Source: Eledone cirrhosa (taxonomy: Eukaryota). Taken from it: a stretch of DNA of 64,000 bases. A program made the translations under genes and the position numbers. The stretch lies in assembly GCA_964016885.1 (NCBI GenBank), contig OZ024741.1, positions 336,040,001 through 336,104,000 of the forward strand, given 5' to 3'. How positions within the stretch are numbered: the stretch's first letter is position 1; every line of letters starts with the position of its first letter. Below are positions 40,088 to 51,990 of the stretch, in pieces. Below the pieces are notes generated by a model. The model saw nothing but the letters and a program-made list of their open reading frames with translations. It had not been told where the DNA came from and did no database searches.

Positions 40088-40222
40088 ATTGTTTTACAAT
40101 CGTTTCAGAAGGTTGATTGACCATGATAAATCAATAAACTGATTAATTGATAATAGTTACATAACTCTATATTATTAGTCTCAATATGATAGATCCATCT
40201 CACTGTCTTCGTCAGAAACAAT
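40088..40222 (-). ncRNA. Type I hammerhead ribozyme with ~96-nt stem-II insertion
   Basis: attgttt-CTGACGA-AGA[96 nt]TCT-GAAAC gatt GTA-aaacaat gives a perfect 7-bp stem I, an intact core and a GUA site. Confidence 0.75.
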
Positions 40223-40230
40223 CTCTCTCA

Positions 40231-40275
<45 letters not shown>

Positions 40276-40362
40276 GCAAAAGTTCTATTTAAATTGTTGG
40301 GATACAACAAGCAAATATTTGTATAACTGATATAAAGCACTCAACAAGTATTTGGAGTAAAC

Positions 40363-40625
40363 ATACGATATTAACAAATGGAAACTATATTTATAAAACC
40401 ATATTTATTTCATTATACATATTTCAAGGACACCAAGTTAAATTATCTGGGAGCTTCCAACAGTAATGGTTGCATTTTTTAAGGGTATGTCAATATTTAT
40501 TTATAAAACTGATCTATATTATATTTTGTCTGATGAAAGCACACCATAATTTAACTTGGTGTCCTTGAAATATGTATAATGAAATAAATATGGTTTTATA
40601 AATATAGTTTCCATTTGTTAATATC

Positions 40626-40629
<4 letters not shown>
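40363..40629. mobile_element. Fold-back element with hammerhead cores
   Basis: ~83-bp perfect inverted arms. The + arm reads CTGATGA-AAG c ACACCA n10 TGGTGT c CTT-GAAA-TATGTA (40530-40576). Confidence 0.75.
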
Positions 40630-40694
<65 letters not shown>

Positions 40695-40796
40695 TAAAAT
40701 CCTGACTGCGGCACCAAATGGTTTTGGCTTGTGTGTTCAACAAGACTTTTCAGGAGTGTAGTAATATTTGTAGGGTGTAAGAAAAAAACATATATA

Positions 40797-40873
40797 CAGG
40801 CTGTCCCATAAAATGTATACATACTTCAACAGCATTCTAATAAAAGTGTGAATACATTTTTGGGGACACCCTG
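40797..40873. mobile_element. Tiny Tc1/mariner-type MITE
   Basis: TA-caggctgtcccataaaatgtatacatactt ... aagtgtgaatacatttttggggacaccctg-TA. Confidence 0.75.
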
Positions 40874-40936
40874 TATATGGTTAAAAAATCAACAAGGCAA
40901 ACATTGAGATGCAAAATCAATACACAAAGTCTTACA

Positions 40937-40970
<34 letters not shown>

Positions 40971-41636
40971 CATGTTCTGTAATACATCTGATAATTTTCA
41001 TTGAGCTAATTTTCTTACTGGTAATTGGGTAATACAAAATATTACCCTTTCGTATTTATAATTGTATATAGATTTTATATATAAGTATAAATATTATTAT
41101 TATTATTATTATTATGAAAGGCAAAGTTATCCCGCCGAGGTTAACTTTGCCTTTCATCCTTACGGGGTCGATAAAATAAAGTACCAGTAATGCACTGGGA
41201 TAATTGCTGGCCTTGTGCCAAAAGTAGAAACAATTATTATTATTATTATTATAATATCTGCATATATATTTCTCTCTCTGTGTATGTATGGATGTATGTT
41301 CATTTATATATGCATATATATATATGCATATATATATATATATATATATGTATACACTTTAAATTGTGCATTGTCGTGTTGTTCATTTCCATTTAATGGT
41401 AATTCTGGAAGTTACATTTTATTGCTGCTCTTTAATTAATGATATTTATTTTATGAATACAAAATTATCATCATTATCATGAAAATATTTATAAAATGTT
41501 TATTTTAATTTGTTATTAATTAATCTTAGGTGTTGAAAATAAATGACTGAGACAGAGGTAGGGGGAAAATCACAATTTTGGTTAAGAAAAAGAAAATATT
41601 ATTAGAGGTGATTAAATAAGGAATATTTTAAGATAC

Positions 41637-41905
41637 TTAATTCTTTTATTACCATATTTTCAATGAAAGACATTGCCTATGATTGTAAAAATAATTTTGA
41701 AAAGAATCAAATGTTTGGAAGGATTTAGGAATACAGTTATTTTTCCCATTATTAAGCTGGTATTTGGAACATAAATTAACAAAGGTTCTTGCATAGAATT
41801 AAAATGGAATGTTTTTAGATAAATATAAATGTTTTAAAACAAATAGTTCTCATATCATAGAGACAGAGACAGTTTCAGATGAAGGGTTTGTATCAAATGG
41901 GCTAA
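41637..41905. mobile_element. piggyBac-like (TTAA/CCC-ended) MITE family; other ends or copies at ~38421, 38694, 54365 and 55860
   Basis: Family ends read ttaacccttttg(t/a)tacca. This copy has both decayed ends, and the internal cattattaagctggt...ggaacataa segment is shared among copies. Confidence 0.6.
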
Positions 41906-43152
41906 TATGAGACAGAGACTGTATAAAAGGGGGTAATAGTGTAACAGGGGAACAAATTTTAGTTAATGTTGAGCTGAAAAAGATGTTCAGTGTAGAAATT
42001 TAAAGTAGCAAAATGATAATACATATGTGTATAATGACAACACAATGATATACTAATATTATACATGTGGGAATAGATCAATGAAGCATATATATATATA
42101 TATATATATACATATACATACACATGTATATATACACATACATATATATGCACACAGACACACACATCTATATATATATGTGTGTGTGTGGGTGTATTTT
42201 ATTTGTTTAAATTATCATAGCATTTAAACATTTAAAACATTCAGATATTAACTAAATGAACACTCAATACTAATGGGTAGAATGGTAAAATGTAGAAATT
42301 TATTTTCTAAGTAGAAAGGTACCAATGATTTTGAAGTTACAGCTTGGTCGTTTGTTCAAGAATTTAACTCAGTCAAAAGTCTTTGACTTTTTCCCTACAA
42401 CTTTTATAGTGTGCCCCCATCTGTGCTGTTTTTCCTTTCTGTCCCTCTGTAACTTCTTTTTTCACGACAATTTTAATTACTTTGATCCTCCCCTCACTCT
42501 GCTGTTTCCACCTCTGTAACATTTATATTCATGTAAAGTTTGTTTATCCATTCATTCCATCGTTCAGGGGTGTTTGCTGCATTGATTTTAATATCTCTCT
42601 TGATTTTGTGTTCAAATCATGCAATCGTCAGCCTGACTTCTATCCTCCTAGTTCTAGGGAATCAGCCATATGTAGATGTTATAAAAGAAAGTATATAATA
42701 TTTTCTCTCCATTATTTGTTCTAATGGTTGTATATTGAACTTAAGTCTTTTTATATATATATATATATATATTTTTATATATATATTTAAGTATCTTTAT
42801 CATCATCATGCATCTGTTTTCTTATTCAAGAATGAATATATATATATATATATATATATGTTTGGTTATATGTGTGTCTATGGCTGCTGTCTAATAACTA
42901 AAACCAGGAAAATAATGAAATATGTATGTATATGTATGTGTATGTCTGTACATAATTCTGCATTACATTTAACTGAGAAGAGACATATTCATTATAGCTG
43001 TGGTAAAAGCAGCAAATCCTCAGCTTGGTTGAAAAGTTGTTGCTTTGCAGCTCTTTAAGAAGCAGTGTTCAAACTCATAACTGAGTTGACTTCTATTATA
43101 TATATATATAATATATATATATATGTTATATGTATATATATATATATATGTA

Positions 43153-43207
<55 letters not shown>

Positions 43208-43447
43208 GTATGTATATGTGTATGAATTTTTTTCTCACGAGTCAGTTCTTTCATTGCTACGGACCCCGGCTGAGGTACTGGTTGGTGTCTTCATTTTGCA
43301 AAGCCCTTTAAACTGTATGTTATTAAACTGTATGTTATATCTTGTCGAGGCTTGGCTGCACTGCTGAGCACAATCGTTGTGTGCATATATAAAAATGTCA
43401 CAAATGATTTCAAGCCATGCGGTTGGTCTCAATTATAATGTTTGTGT

Positions 43448-43490
<43 letters not shown>

Positions 43491-45086
43491 CATTTTTACA
43501 CACACACACACTCGCATATATATATATAATTATATGTGTGTTTGTGTGTACATATGTATGTATGCAGACAGATATACAAGCATTATTTAGGTCTGTAGAT
43601 TGAGAAATAATAATAAATAAAATAGAATCATCTTTTCATACTTATAGAATTTGTATATGAGGAACACTAGGGAGATAAATTCCTCTACTTGCTCTTATTT
43701 ACTATGTGTAGCTTGGTAAACTGCTTGCTCAAGAAATTCAATTTATCATCTTCATTCATTTCAACACTATCATCAATATTCTCGCTATGCTAGACTTTAC
43801 GTTAAGTAAACTGATCAAGTTTTATTTATTAAGCGTGTGCAGGAAATGCCTCAACTGGCTATTCTGATCTAATTTCAAGATTCTACATGGTAACAAAAGA
43901 TTTATTATGCAAAAATCCCAGGTGAAACGCCTCCCATTTATCACTTATCCTACACAATTTAACTTGATCAATGCTAAGTTAAGCCATCTTGCTTCCTGCT
44001 CTGGGAGTTATAGAGGTTTTTATTCCAAGACAGGCAGTGAAATGTGATCAGCAAAGTTAATTGAATTTGTCAAGAAATGACAAAAATGGTTGCTTGTCAT
44101 TGGCAGGGCCAGGCAACCTAGAGATTTTATGTGGAAAGAGGATGACAAGTATAGTAGAGCTATGATATGCTTCTGTCAGATATATTTGACAGAACGACTG
44201 AGAGGATTAATGTGTCAAAAATCATTTCTTGGGCTACTTTCAATAAATATTGTTACCATTGATCTGCTAGAGCTACACTATGAATAATTATAGAATACTC
44301 TGTTTATAAAAATATATCTAATAATTTGTTGTGTCTGTATTTTGTTTCTTATTTCTAGCTTTTTTGGTTCAGAGTTTAGAAAAAAACAAAACAAAAAAAC
44401 AAACAAAAACAAACAAAAAAAAATACTGCATAGAACAGCATCTGATATGGCTTTAGTTTTTCAATAATTGATGAGGTTTTCAGCAAAACTATTTCCAAAT
44501 ATTTCTCGAATTACTTCTATGATTTAGAAAGTTGATAACTACCCTAGATATTATCCATCCTACACTACAAATATCTGTCTAACTTAATTATTTATATCCT
44601 TTGATGCCATCTTTAGTGAGGCACATGTTCATACCTTCAGCAATTTGTTCACTTTTTGAGATTCTTTCTAAAAATATTAATATTTAATATACCAAAAAGG
44701 TAGATCAATGACTCAAATGGTTTTATAATATAATGTTTACATGGCTTTCTTTAGTTTTGTCTTTGTTTTTTGTTTTTCGTATGATACAGTAAGATTTTAT
44801 CTTACATTACGATGATTTGTGATGTTAAAACACAGCCAGATATTTCGCTATAACTCTATTTAAATATACTCAAAGAATGTCTTGAGAAAAAATCTAAGTT
44901 GCAATGACACTTACTTTTCATTAGCAGCTTCCCAGCAGGGTTTTCATTTTGTAGAAATATAAAAGCTGTATTTCATGTATACTTACTTGTACATTCTTAT
45001 CAACTTCAAGTCCAGAAAATATAGTTAAAAAAATATATCTGTAAACTTTTCTTTTGATAAATAACTAGTTTTTAATATATTTCTTT

Positions 45087-45128
<42 letters not shown>

Positions 45129-45360
45129 CATGTGTGTGTCTGTGTGTGTGTGTGTGTGTGTTGTCTTGAAGGAAGAGATTTCCATGAATTTTTCTGAACA
45201 CTATTTTTGCTGCATGACATGGGGTATAAAGATGTTTTTTTAAAACACTCCTTAAAAGTATTTTGGAAAGAACATATCTTTTCTCAGTATAAACACACTT
45301 TGTTTTCTTTCTATCAGTTGCAGACTTTATGAACCATCACATGAGGCCCTCTCTTTAAAA

Positions 45361-47781
45361 ATGATCAACCACTGTTACTTAGCAACAGTTTTCACTAGCG
45401 ATATGTTGATGCCGTTGATTTTTCTCATGATCTTTATAACATCTTGTCTCTGTGTTGATGTGACTTACCATGTTGAAGAAGGTCAAAGATCGAACACTTA
45501 TATTGGAGATATCAACATCGATACACATTTTGTAGAAACATTCCCAGTGAAAGGACGTATAAGTTTCAGTCAAATAAAGCACAATTCCGACGTTCCAAAG
45601 TTATTTAATGTCACCAAGAGAGGAAAGCTTATCACTACACAAACTCTAGACGCAGAGACACTTTGTAGCTATAATAAAGAATGTTTCAAAATGCTTGATG
45701 TTGCTGTACAGAGAGAAAAATTTTTCATTAAAATATTAGAAATCAAAATAATTATAGAAGACATCAATGACCACCAACCGGAATTTCCCAACAAACTAAT
45801 TCAGCTTCAATTCTCTGAAGGGGATCGAAAAGGAATGACTAAATCAATTCCTAATGCTATTGACAACGATGTTGGTTTATTGAACTCTCAGATCAACTAC
45901 GAATTAATAAAAAATCATGATGACCCATTTTCACTTGCCCTTTCCAAAAGAGTTGATGGTTCTTATTCCCTTGGAATCACTTTAGAAAATAAGTTAGATA
46001 GAGAGATACAAGAGACATATATGTTAAAAGTAATTGCTAAAGATGGAGGCTTTCCACAGAAGCAAGGCGTATTACAAGTTGAAATATCTGTAGGGGATAT
46101 AAATGATAATTCACCAGAATTCTCACAAAATATTTATAATGTAACCATTAACAACCGACATCAACTAGATACACCAATTGTAAGGATTGTTGCAACAGAC
46201 ATGGATTTTGGTAAAAACAGCAAGGTTTTATATTACTTTAGTTCTAAAACTTCGGAAATGGTTAAAACTTACTTTAGATTAAATGAAGTAACAGGAGAAA
46301 TTTTTCTTAATGAACAATATAGTCAGGAAAAGAGAAAAAGATTTAAACTATTTATTGAAGCTAGGGATGAAGGTAGCCCACCTTTGAGTTCAATTGTTGT
46401 TATACTTGTAAATATTATCAACCAACAAAACAATTCACCAACTATTGATATGAATTTCTTCTCAGAGTCATCAGGAAGTACTGCTATGATTTCAGAGGAT
46501 ATCCAAGTTGGCAACTTTATAGCTTATCTCAAAATTATTGATAATGACATTGGAGAAAATGGTGAAATCAGCTGTAATCTTGACAGTGATAAATTTCAAC
46601 TGCAGAGTCGAGGAATAAAGAAATATAAAGTAGTTATAAAAAATCGTGTTGACAGAGAAAGCGAGAAATATATAAATTTCACTATAACTTGTCAAGACAA
46701 AGGATCCCCTCCACTGAAAACAGAAAGAAAGTTCTCCATTCAAGTGATAGATGTCAATGATGTACAACCACAATTCACAAAAGATACTTTTAAATTTCTA
46801 ACTTATGAGAATGAAAAGCCAAATTTTCCTGTTGGCTTTGTTAATGCTACTGACCCTGATTTGGGGCCTGGAGGTCATCTAACTTATTCGATATTCAAAA
46901 GCAATAGACATTTTCTTCCTTTTGAAATATCTAATTTTGGATTTATCTCAACAACAAAATTGTTGGACCGTGAACAACAAGAAATTTATGAGTTCAAAGT
47001 TTTAGTGAAAGACAATGGGGTACCGTCACTTAATGACACAGCAAAGGTTATTGTGGAAATTATGGATGAAAATGATAATGCCCCTTATTTCATCTTTCCC
47101 AGTGTTAACCCATTCAGTCTAGATATTCACTATCATCCACAGAGTAAAAGTGACATTACAACATTAAGAGCTTCAGATCGAGACAGCCGGCAAAATGCAT
47201 TTCTTAAATATGAACTTCGAGGGGGTAATGTTAAATACTTATTTGCCATTAACCCTTACACTGGAGTATTGTCTTTCTCCCGACCTGTTCATCAAAATGA
47301 TGCAGGGTCATACGATCTTTATTTGGCTGTCACAGACAGTGGCACACCAAGCCTATCAGCAACAATGACACTTTCTTTAACTCTAACTGTAAGTAATACA
47401 ACAGCTAAATTATTCACTGCTATTGATACACAGTCTGATAACAAAATACATATTAATTTATTCATCATCATCATAGTTGCAGCAGTAGCAGTGTCTGTTG
47501 TCCTTGTTGTGTCTATAACTATTTGTATTGTTAAAGGCAGTAACAATAAAAACTCTAAACTCAGATGTGGGACAAACATTTCCTACCGTAGTTCAGATGA
47601 TAACCAACAAACTGATTTAGGGGAACATATGTCATTTCAATATGATGTCCCTGTGACTACACTATCTGGGGAAGAAAGTAAAATGCAGCAGCTTGTGAGT
47701 GCAAGGAGGCAAATAAACCCTAACAGAGAAAGTTTGCAAACAGGAATTCCTTGGCCAGCTACCACTGAAGAAACATCACAA
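45361..47781 (+). CDS. Protocadherin large exon: signal peptide, 6 cadherin (EC) repeats, TM, start of cytoplasmic tail
   Basis: EC1 has the Pcdh C-x5-C motif (LCSYNKEC). Linkers DINDHQP, DINDNSP, NQQNNSP, DVNDVQP and DENDNAP; LDRE/xDxD motifs; TM LFIIIIVAAVAVSVVLVVSITICIV. Phase-0 donor CAA|GTGAGT at 47781/47782, so the ORF-track tail to 47895 is probably intron read-through. The start could be M1 (45361) or M15 (45403). Acceptors at 45317 and 45323. Confidence 0.96.
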
Positions 47782-50544
47782 GTGAGTACAAACTTTGGCA
47801 TTATTTTACTTATCAAAATACGGTGCTTTTTTGTCATTGTTCTTATTGTCATCGTTGTCACCATTGTTATTATTGTCATTGTCATCATTGTTTAGTTCTA
47901 GGTTAGCTCTGATCAAGCAATATTTCCAGTCTTTCAAAGATGTGTAGGACTGTATCATTTATTGTTTTCTTACTCCCATTTTTTAACTTTAGTGTGTGTT
48001 ATGGTGAGGATTTAGCTACTATTTCTAACATGAGACAACTATGTAGAAGGTCCCTCATTGCCTTTGATTTATTTACTACAAAAAAAAATATAATCTGAAA
48101 AACCAGCATGCGATTTAACTATTGGATCTACAAAAGGTACATTGTATATTTATGTAAAATGGAGTTGTGACTTATCTGTATGTGTGACACACACAACACA
48201 CACACACATTGAATATACTCGTGTAGAAGTTGCACTATTTTTCACAAAAATATGACATGTAAAGCCAGCATGCAACTTATCTATTGAACCTACAAATTGT
48301 CAGTTCAAAATATATAGTACATTGTAAACATTGTTGGTAATATTCAGATGAGATTCATTAATTAAGATATGAATATATACAGTACTTGAAATAAATATTT
48401 CAGATGATAGATTTAGTCAGGTCACTCACATCTGACCCATTCTGTGGTAGGAGGTGTAACGATTCATACTAAGGGTAGAATAACTGAAAAAGATGGATTT
48501 TAAAACTAGAATTTAGCAATACTTAGATGTATGTATGACACATATTTCTGTTCTAGCAAAAAAACCATTACAAAACAAAAAATCTTATTCATTTGTTAAT
48601 GTTTTTAAATTATAACACATTATTTTTGCAAATATTTTCTTTATGATACTCCATGTATGTCTTTATTCCATGTTCTTACATATTACATGTTAGATTTTGA
48701 ATTTGAATAGTAAATTATAATTTCAATGGCGAATGAAGATTTAATATTCAAACATTTTTTTTAAATACTCATGACACACTTTGTAAAAAAAAAATATATT
48801 TAAACATACTTTGTACAAAAAAAGAGATGTTTGTAAAGGAGCTTTATATATTTAGCCTCTAAATATAAATAATTTAAACTATGGAACGTTATTTGATGCT
48901 GAATCCTTTATTCAATAAATAGAGCATATTTGTGAAGACTAGCAACATAGTAAAGTGGGTGAGAGGTGGGATAACAGTTGCTTATGTGTGCAGGTATGAA
49001 GGGGTTATATAAAATATTCTCTGACCTGTCATATAAGTTAATTAAGGTGAGTCCTGCCAAAAGTGTCTGTAATAATGTCAATCACTACAAATAATTAAGA
49101 AAATTAGGTAAAGTACATCTAGAATCAGAAAAAAAGGGCCAAAACGGATCCCTTTTATGAGACCAGTGTTACAATATATGACCCTATTCTAGGATCTTAT
49201 ATGTAGGAGAAAAATCAACAAGGAAAAACAACACTGGAAAACTATACTGTACAATGATGATATAATAATGTATTTTAAGGTCCTTATCTCTGTCAAAGCA
49301 AGGAGAATAATCTTGTATGGTTGGCTCAATCATACTCATTGTGGGGTGGGGAGTGAGGGGAGTGGGTCTTTTTTGAGGCCCTGTTTTATGGTTGGATGCT
49401 TTTCCCGATACCAACCTTTTTAATTGCTTCTTACAACTCACAAGAGTGTGGTGTACCTATTCTAAAACAGATACACACCATATCATGTTGATGGTTGAAA
49501 TATTTCAGGGCCTTACAGAAATTAGTAAATTAAAATTTTAGTAATAGACGCCTCTGTTCACATATTTCTGTCTCTAAGAGTACTGTACTTAATTTCCTTA
49601 ACTATTATCTATAGTGATCAACTGTTGTTACAGTTATTTTCTGCACTTGGGACTCCCACACTTTCAAACTGTTTGTTAATTTGTATTTTTTTATATATTT
49701 GTTTTAAAACTTTCTAAAATGGAGAAATTCTCCAGAGCGATCCAAACTAAATTCCCCTGCCCTGCCTCACATCTCCACCCCGCCTCACTGACTTTGTTTA
49801 CATGCATGATTTCAATGCTATAAGAAAATGATAATTTGTCTCTTTTTTCCTTTTCTTTTTCCACCCAAATCATTTATCTTGTTCACAATCCAGAAAACTC
49901 CTCTTAACAAGCTTCCCATTTGAAATTTTTTCAAAGATATCAGTATTATCTTAACATACTAGGTGTTCAACAGAAGAATCAAGTTTGTTACTCACTTGTA
50001 TGTAGTAGATATTTCATTTTACTTGTTTATAAGAATTCCAAGATACACTTGATAAAAGATAAAAATCTGTTATTGAGTCAGAGATTTTAGGTTCTCTAAT
50101 GTGAAGCTGTCAGTTATCAACGACACTTCTAAGAAGTTATCAGTTCACTGCTGTCTTATAACTGAAATTGTTAGAACCAAATTTCAAAACCAAATTATGA
50201 TAAAAATGAATCTCTAGAGTTACAGGAGTGTGATTCCAGATAGTATCAAAACAGCAGATGTCTAGATGTGATCAAAAAACCAGTTGTCTAGATGTGTTAT
50301 GTGTGACCATATACTGATTATAGAAGCTTCAAGTTAAAACTACAGTATTGCTTTTGAGATATTTCTGCATATAGTTGTATTCCTTTAAAGTTTATCACAG
50401 AATACTTTTTAAGTATGTTTTTTAAACATACTGGCAACTCTGTGATATTTTCACAGAGGAAAATAGAGAATAATAGTTTTTTTCCATTTCGTTTCATTGC
50501 AAAAATATATTTTTCTTTCATTACAAAAATATATTTTTCTTTCA

Positions 50545-50952
50545 CTGAGCCAATCCCACTCTCTGAGCGACAGTAGCTATAACCCGAAAAGAAGAAAAGA
50601 TCAACATCATCGGTAACTACTGAGTCGCAGGTTTTATATCGGAGTTATCCCAGTTTCCTGAGTTGCCAATTCCTAGAAGAATGACCTGAAAAAGGATAGG
50701 GGTCCTTCACTCCCAGTAGTTTAACCGCATGGTACATGTGTATGTACATTTTTACACACTTTCGGATGGCCGTTGACTCTTATGAGTTCTTCCGCCCTTT
50801 GTCAGGTTTTGTTTTTTGTCCTGCAGGGTGTACAAAATCACCCTCATCACCAAGTAAACTTGGTGGGGTTGCCGGTTTAGTCGCCGACAACCCGACCATG
50901 TGACGGATTGTACTGGGTTACATGTTACCAGTAGCACTGAAGAGTGACCCAA
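50545..50952 (-). mobile_element. Structured GC-rich segment, possibly the 5' UTR and decayed APE start of a non-LTR retrotransposon
   Basis: Six hairpins plus a pseudoknot on the minus strand. Downstream fragments LATQET and DLFFFSG...SGIG resemble an APE N-terminus. Confidence 0.45.
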
Positions 50953-50958
50953 CACACG

Positions 50959-50994
<36 letters not shown>

Positions 50995-50995
<1 letters not shown>

Positions 50996-51313
50996 CATCA
51001 TTTTACGTTCATTTTTCCCTGCTTGCAAGGGTGGGATGGGAACTGATTCTGGCTTGATTTCTACAGCTGGATGCCCTTCCTAACACCAACCTCATTTACA
51101 GTGAGTGCTGGGTGCTTTTTTGCCGTGGCACCTCCACGACCACTTTGCAGTGGAATGATATGGACCCCAGTCCCTATCATCTCATTTCTACAGCTGAGTA
51201 ACCTGGAACAATGTGAAATAAAGTGTCTTGCTCAAGGAAACAACACATCACCCGGTCTGAGAATTGAACTCACAAGCTTTCGATTGCAAGGCCAATGCTC
51301 TAACCACTAACCC
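50995..51313 (-). mobile_element. tRNA-head/CORE-like SINE with RTE-B' 3' tail
   Basis: Reverse-complement copy of 51661-51990. Confidence 0.9.
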
Positions 51314-51316
51314 ATA

Positions 51317-51460
<144 letters not shown>

Positions 51461-51660
51461 TATGTTTATATGTATGTGTGTGTGTTTATATTTATATCAT
51501 CATTATCATTTTTTGATGTCCATTTTCCCATTCTTGCATATATATGTCTGAGCATTTGTCTGTCTGTCTGTATTTATGTATGTATGTATGTGTATATATA
51601 TATATATATACACACACACATATATAAATGAAGTTCTATTAATATATATATATATATATA

Positions 51661-51990
51661 GGGAGGCACATGGCTTAGTGGTTAGAGCATTGGGCTTGCA
51701 ATCGAAGGGTTATGAGTTCAATTCTCAGACCGGGTGATGTGTTGTTTCCTTGACACTTTATTTCACATTGCTCCAGTTTACTCAGCTGTAGAAATGAGAT
51801 GATAGAGACTGGGGTCCATATCATTCCACTGCAAAGTGCTCGTGCAGGTGCCACGGAAAAAAAGCACCCAGCACTCACTGTAAATGAGGTTGGTGTTAGG
51901 AAGGGCATCCAGCTGTAGCAACCAAGCCAAAATCAGTTCCCGTCCGACCCTTGCAAGCAGGGAAAAAGCGGACGTAAAATGAAATGATGA
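51661..51990 (+). mobile_element. Full-length tRNA-head/CORE-like SINE with RTE-B' 3' tail
   Basis: A-box tggcttagtgg, B-box gagttcaattc and a CORE-like body. These are followed by ~165 bp matching the RTE-B' 3' UTR and an (ATG) tail. Confidence 0.9.

Noticed and set aside
47782-47895. Second hydrophobic C-terminal segment of the 844-aa ORF (a second TM?)
   Set aside because: It follows a consensus GTGAGT donor and is encoded by a (ttg/tca)-type low-complexity tract, so it is most likely intron read-through.
51661-51735. tRNA gene
   Set aside because: A and B boxes are present, but no complete cloverleaf is evident and the sequence continues into a SINE body.
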